A stretch of DNA of 64,000 bases, from IMG/VR virus record IMGVR_UViG_3300045988_122072, positions 64,001 through 128,000 of that record; one strand, written 5' to 3'. A program made the translations under genes and the position numbers. Below the pieces are notes generated by a model. That model had not been told where the DNA came from. It was given only the letters and a program-made list of their open reading frames with translations, and did no database searches. Of this stretch, positions 59,863 to 64,000 are shown in pieces. Source of the DNA: a virus. Position 1 is the stretch's first letter, and the number at the start of each line of letters is the position of its first letter.

Positions 59863-61005
59863 GTGGCAAAGAAGAGAATGAACGGAGAAGGATCTTGGAC
59901 ACAGCGCGATAATGGTAAATGGAAGTTATCTGTATCATACAAGGGGTTTGGCAGGAAATATTTCTATGGCACCAAGCAAGAGTGCTTAAACAAAAAGCAA
60001 GAATTTGAAGCGTTATTGTCAACAGGTATTGTTGGAGAGAAAGACGTTTTATTTAAGGATTTTGCTCATTCATGGCTTAAAAATATTAAACAGCCATCGA
60101 TTAAACCAGCCTCATATGATAGACTTGCAGACATAACAGAAAATTTTTTAATTAAACAGTTAGGGGATTTGGCGTTGCAACAAATAGATGATAGTTTAAT
60201 TCAAACCATGATAATAAATAAGTTTAAAACAGACGGGTATTCACGTTCAACAATTCGCAAAGCTTATGGAACATTGGGGCAAATTTTTGATTATGCTATA
60301 GCCAGAGGGAAAGTAAACAAAAACCCAATAGACAATGTGGTGATGCCAAAACGAGAACTATTTGAAGAAAAAGAGCAAAGATTCTTTTCAGAAGAGGAAA
60401 GAGCTAGGTTGGTAAACGCCTGCTATATGAAATATAGTAACGGGGAAAGAAGATTTAAATATGGTGCATTTTATGTTTTCTTAATGTATACTGGGCTTAG
60501 ACTTGGCGAAGGACTCGCACTTAAGTGGAAATATATTGACTTTGAAAAAAGGACAGTCTATGTATCAAGAACCATAGTATATGTAAAAGACCGAACAAAA
60601 AATGATGGAAGCAAAATTCTTATTGATCAATCAACTACAAAGGGAGGAAGAGGGAGAACCGTATTTTTATCAGACATGGCAATAGAGGCTCTTAACGATC
60701 TGAAAGAAGAAAAAGGATATGATCCAGAACAGTACATTATACGCTCAAGATATAATACAATGGTTCGCCCTGCTGATGCGTATAAGGTATTCCAGCGTAT
60801 ATTAAAACAAGCAGACATAGAACAGTGTGGGCCACACTCATTGAGACACACGTTCGTAAGTGCGCTTATTGACCAAGGTGTTCCAATAACAATGATTTCG
60901 AAAATAGTTGGGCACGCAAAAATTGATGTTACAATGACAGTATATTCTCATTTGTTGCAAGAAACACAAAATGCATCTATGTCTGTTATAAAAAATCTTA
61001 AGTAA
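59863..61005 (+). CDS. int: tyrosine integrase (phage integrase family)
   Basis: HSLRHTFVS ... GHAKIDVTMTVYSH catalytic motifs. GTG 59863 lies 8 nt after RBS AAAGGAG (ATG 59878 is an alternative). Confidence 0.85.
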   Translation: MAKKRMNGEGSWTQRDNGKWKLSVSYKGFGRKYFYGTKQECLNKKQEFEALLSTGIVGEKDVLFKDFAHSWLKNIKQPSIKPASYDRLADITENFLIKQLGDLALQQIDDSLIQTMIINKFKTDGYSRSTIRKAYGTLGQIFDYAIARGKVNKNPIDNVVMPKRELFEEKEQRFFSEEERARLVNACYMKYSNGERRFKYGAFYVFLMYTGLRLGEGLALKWKYIDFEKRTVYVSRTIVYVKDRTKNDGSKILIDQSTTKGGRGRTVFLSDMAIEALNDLKEEKGYDPEQYIIRSRYNTMVRPADAYKVFQRILKQADIEQCGPHSLRHTFVSALIDQGVPITMISKIVGHAKIDVTMTVYSHLLQETQNASMSVIKNLK

Positions 61006-61006
61006 T

Positions 61007-61029
61007 GAGTGGTTTTAACCACTCTTTTT
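61007..61029 (+). terminator. rho-independent terminator
   Basis: GAGTGGTT-TT-AACCACTC followed by TTTTT. Confidence 0.7.
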
Positions 61030-61038
61030 ATTTTTGCA

Positions 61039-61067
61039 TTGCAAATGACACGAGAATGAAGTAAAAT
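61039..61067 (+). promoter_or_regulatory. sigma-A-type promoter
   Basis: TTGCAA, 17-nt spacer, TAAAAT. Overlaps the repeated 12-mer TGCATTGCAAAT. Confidence 0.45.
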
Positions 61068-61090
61068 AATATGAGAGGGGAGTGATAAAT

Positions 61091-61255
61091 TTGGAAATAA
61101 AATCAACTGAAACGACAAACTTCACATTACGTATGCCGGTTTCGCAACGTTTTCAACTTGAATGTATAGCTAAAAAGCAAGGAAGAACTATCACGAATTT
61201 AATTAATTACGTAATGAGTCAATATATAGAGGATTATAACAAGACAAAAAAATAG
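61091..61255 (+). CDS. ribbon-helix-helix (Arc/CopG-like) small protein, TTG start
   Basis: Hand translation ...TNFTLRMPVSQRFQLECIAKKQGRTITNLINYVMSQYI; RBS GGGGAG 9 nt upstream. Confidence 0.4.
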   Translation: MEIKSTETTNFTLRMPVSQRFQLECIAKKQGRTITNLINYVMSQYIEDYNKTKK

Positions 61256-61281
61256 GAGCCTGAGATTTCTCTCAAGCTCCT
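61254..61281. terminator. bidirectional terminator between convergent genes
   Basis: AGGAGCCTGAGA-TTTC-TCTCAAGCTCCT, flanked by an A-run and a T-containing run. Confidence 0.6.
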
Positions 61282-61286
61282 AAATC

Positions 61287-61748
61287 TTAAGCTTTTAGCC
61301 AATCTTGGCTTTTATAATAATTGGCTATTATATTATAATTCTGCGTCCCTGTATGGTTACAGTGGAGGTCATTACTGTATTTTGTATACATTTCCTCTAT
61401 ATGTACCATTTCCTCTGGATATATCTTCATCCCACGAGCACACCTTGATGCATATTCAGACAATTCTGACTTAATTCTATCGCGTTCGTTCTCAAAAACT
61501 CTTTTATCCAATGTTTTAATACGATCATCTATTTTATCTATACGTTCAAGAATCTCTCTAACATTGCCTTCGAGTGCTGTAATTTTAGCATTGATCTCTT
61601 TAACGGCAGCAGAAGTTTCATTTGCTTCAGATGTATGCTTAATCCAATTAACAATCTTTTTTCTCACTGGTTTAAAAATTGTAGTAACAAGTGCAATAAA
61701 GGCAGATATGCAACCAATAACAGCGGCAATATCTTTAATTAATTCCAT
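61287..61748 (-). CDS. membrane-anchored coiled-coil protein (function unknown)
   Basis: N-terminal TM IAAVIGCISAFIALVTTIF followed by heptad-like repeats. Confidence 0.55.
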   Translation of the reverse strand: MELIKDIAAVIGCISAFIALVTTIFKPVRKKIVNWIKHTSEANETSAAVKEINAKITALEGNVREILERIDKIDDRIKTLDKRVFENERDRIKSELSEYASRCARGMKIYPEEMVHIEEMYTKYSNDLHCNHTGTQNYNIIANYYKSQDWLKA

Positions 61749-61799
61749 AATAAATCACCCATTCATAATAAATTATCTCCTTTTAACTTTTTATCATAA

Positions 61800-63572
61800 T
61801 CATTGATTCTTTTTTAATTCATCCACTTCTCGCTGCAGTTCTTGACATTTTTTCACCAATAAAGGGATAATCTCATCATATGCCAATGCATAGTTAAAAC
61901 GTTCTTTGGTTGTATCATCTTCATCATAATAAACTATCCCAGTTTTCTGATTATTAATTCCAGCTTTTATTAGCGCTTGTTCAACGTCTTGTGCAACAAA
62001 TCCATAATGAATAATATCAGAATTGTCATTTGTTAATCTATACTGTACCGGGTGAAGAGAACCTATAATATCAATATTGACATCCTGAATATTATTTTTT
62101 AAGTTTCTATCGGAATCAATTATTGGAGACGACACGAAATGAGCGTTCCAGAAGCAATCAAACCTTCCAGTATTATTGCTAACTTTTTGGGCATAACCAC
62201 CAACTGCAACAGAGTTATTATCAGATGCTATATTGATTGGAAGATTTTTTGTCCCAACATGAGAGATTACTTCATGCGCTCCTCCAACTGCGTCTGATAT
62301 CACAATTTTAAAATCATATGCAGTATCTACCGCAAATTCTGTTTTATCAGTAAAAGTATATTCTGTTTTATTACTTGTATCATTTCTTATTGTCACATTA
62401 TGAGATGAAAATGTAGAATCTAAACTTTTCTTATTATAAATAACAATTTTTACGGCATTTGTATTTTTAAGAGTATAAAACGATATATTAATTTTATGAG
62501 TTACATATACTCCAGCATTATTAATTGTACCGTCAGAATTACTTCTAAATGAATTGCAAGAAGTAATAACTGGTGAATTGTAATCTTCAACATTAATATA
62601 CTGTGTTTTACTAGCAGTTCTCCCACGTGTATCTGTAATTGTTATAGTATATGCTTTATTCCCGCAGGTGGTTAAAATTGAACTAGTTGCGCTGTACGTA
62701 TTTGTAGAAGCCGCTGTCTCATAAGATAAATTTGGGCCACTGATAACGCATTTTTTAATAGTAGATCCATATACTCCAGAGACCGAAGCAGTCCACCTAA
62801 CAGTTGAATTATTTTTAACATATAATCCACAATTTTGCGGTTTTGTTGAGGCTATAGACGGATTAAAACTGTTTATTACTGGCGCTATATTGGAAGGAAT
62901 GTTCAAAGTAAAATTAATAGATTTTTGCCCAACATTAGTTCCCCCACTAAAGGTTGTACACCAAATTGTCCCATACCCGGATGTAGCACTCGGTATTTGA
63001 GATGCTAAATCTAGCGGAGGTGTCCACGATATAGATGAACTAGATGTCTGTGTCGCGAGAGTTCCAGTTCTATTACCAAATTGCCACGTTAGTGTATGGG
63101 TAAAAGAAGATACAGCTTTTGAAATAGAAATTGTTAATGGAGAACCCATGGTACTTCCACTAACACTAATACTTGACGCTCTTGGTATTTGAGGAAGATC
63201 TACAGAATAACCATACCTCGTACTACTAACTGCATATGTATAAACTGCAGCTTCCGCCCAAGCTGTTAAAACAGCATTACCATAAGAATTATGCGTTAAA
63301 GTAAAACTACCAGACCCTAGCGTCGCTCCAACCCACATTTCAAATCTATCCGCTCTACTATAAACAGTTGTGCCAGCTATATTAACCGTAACTGGGCCAG
63401 CCATAACATATCCCCATGAACCGCCAGCAGACTTCACTGTCCAATAAATAGTGGATGTATTATTAGCCACACTTTGTGAAGAAGACCATTCTACTCTAAT
63501 TCTATTTGGATATACGCTACCAGCAGCATCGTATACACTTGTTTCAAACGCACCACTTGATGCAGTTGCCAT
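61800..63572 (-). CDS. tail fiber protein with C-terminal S74 intramolecular-chaperone domain
   Basis: C-terminal SDRNLKNNI...HYGFVAQDVEQAL...LAYDEIIPLLVKK. Start moved to ATG 63572, 9 nt after AGGAGG (the ORF track begins at GTG 63581). Confidence 0.8.
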   Translation of the reverse strand: MATASSGAFETSVYDAAGSVYPNRIRVEWSSSQSVANNTSTIYWTVKSAGGSWGYVMAGPVTVNIAGTTVYSRADRFEMWVGATLGSGSFTLTHNSYGNAVLTAWAEAAVYTYAVSSTRYGYSVDLPQIPRASSISVSGSTMGSPLTISISKAVSSFTHTLTWQFGNRTGTLATQTSSSSISWTPPLDLASQIPSATSGYGTIWCTTFSGGTNVGQKSINFTLNIPSNIAPVINSFNPSIASTKPQNCGLYVKNNSTVRWTASVSGVYGSTIKKCVISGPNLSYETAASTNTYSATSSILTTCGNKAYTITITDTRGRTASKTQYINVEDYNSPVITSCNSFRSNSDGTINNAGVYVTHKINISFYTLKNTNAVKIVIYNKKSLDSTFSSHNVTIRNDTSNKTEYTFTDKTEFAVDTAYDFKIVISDAVGGAHEVISHVGTKNLPINIASDNNSVAVGGYAQKVSNNTGRFDCFWNAHFVSSPIIDSDRNLKNNIQDVNIDIIGSLHPVQYRLTNDNSDIIHYGFVAQDVEQALIKAGINNQKTGIVYYDEDDTTKERFNYALAYDEIIPLLVKKCQELQREVDELKKNQ

Positions 63573-63590
63573 ATTGCTCACCTCCTATAA

Positions 63591-63989
63591 TTATGTTGCA
63601 ACAATCGATAAACTACCATTGCTTTCTATTTGAATCTTGAATTTTCCGCCTAAAGATATCGAAGGAGTTGACGATTTTGTGCCAACTTTTATATCTCCTT
63701 CTACTTCAGCTTTCTTCATATATGCAGTGTCATTAGCAAAATAAGTTATTGGCACACCAAATTTAATTTCGGGGTCTACAAAATTTTCATTAATAGCTCT
63801 GGCTTCATAGAAAGGTGACTCAACTTTATATATAAAATCTGGATTCTTATAATAATCATAATACATAACACCATTATCGTTGTGTTCATATAATATATAG
63901 TCATAATAATTATCTGCTTTATATGTTGGTTCTGATGTTACAGTTTTTATCCTTGCTTTTCTACAAAATTCAATTCTTTGAGCAGACAC
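63591..63989 (-). CDS. hypothetical tail-module protein (frame stays open to the window edge; may be truncated)
   Basis: ORF track; no stop between 63989 and 63998 in frame; no RBS visible. Confidence 0.45.
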   Translation of the reverse strand: MSAQRIEFCRKARIKTVTSEPTYKADNYYDYILYEHNDNGVMYYDYYKNPDFIYKVESPFYEARAINENFVDPEIKFGVPITYFANDTAYMKKAEVEGDIKVGTKSSTPSISLGGKFKIQIESNGSLSIVAT

Positions 63990-64000
63990 TCTAGAAAAAT

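Noticed and set aside
1-64000. Alternative genetic code (stop-codon reassignment) as seen in some large gut phages
   Set aside because: TAA, TAG (for example 26771-73) and TGA (for example 1734-36, followed by a terminator) all end well-supported genes at sensible lengths. No suppressor-type tRNA anticodon was found.

Overview
64-kb segment of a large, AT-rich temperate phage or prophage of a Firmicutes-type host. The host call rests on AAGGAGG-type RBSs, TTGACA-N16/17-TATAAT promoters and an SPbeta-like replication gene set. Nt 1-59200 is an almost unbroken + strand block of about 95 tightly packed genes. Replication and recombination: SSB-like protein, AAA ATPase, DnaB-like helicase, Toprim primase-like protein, RecJ-like exonuclease, DnaE-type Pol III alpha, NAD-dependent ligase, DNA methyltransferase. 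Nucleotide metabolism: dCMP deaminase, guanylate-kinase-like kinase, 5'-deoxyribonucleotidase, ThyX-like protein, class II RNR nrdJ split by a group I intron, dUTPase, and an adenylosuccinate-synthetase/PurZ-like enzyme. RNA repair is unusually well represented: HD protein, RNA ligase, RlaP-like nucleotidyltransferase, kinase-HD fusion, radical-SAM-like protein, Thg1-like enzyme, and a Ro60-like helical+VWA protein. The block also holds three free-standing homing-endonuclease-like genes, a tnpB-only IS200/IS605 element, a cysteine desulfurase, a SleB-like hydrolase and a second tyrosine recombinase. Nt 30.3-34.9 kb is a non-coding RNA island transcribed from a consensus phage promoter. It contains two tRNA genes interrupted by short structured inserts that share an identical 12-mer, three tandem hairpins with the same motif, and two large G+C-enriched structured-RNA regions (about 0.65 and 0.9 kb). 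It also has two further aberrant tRNA-like elements and four canonical CCA-encoding tRNAs (Asp, Asn, Gly, Lys). Nt 59.2-61.3 kb is an xis-int module with arm-type repeats. Nt 61.3-64.0 kb carries minus-strand tail genes. A 15-nt motif (CAATACAAAATTAAT) recurs about 24 times, mostly just upstream of RBSs. All calls come from reading the sequence and translations and from remembered family motifs; no searches were run.
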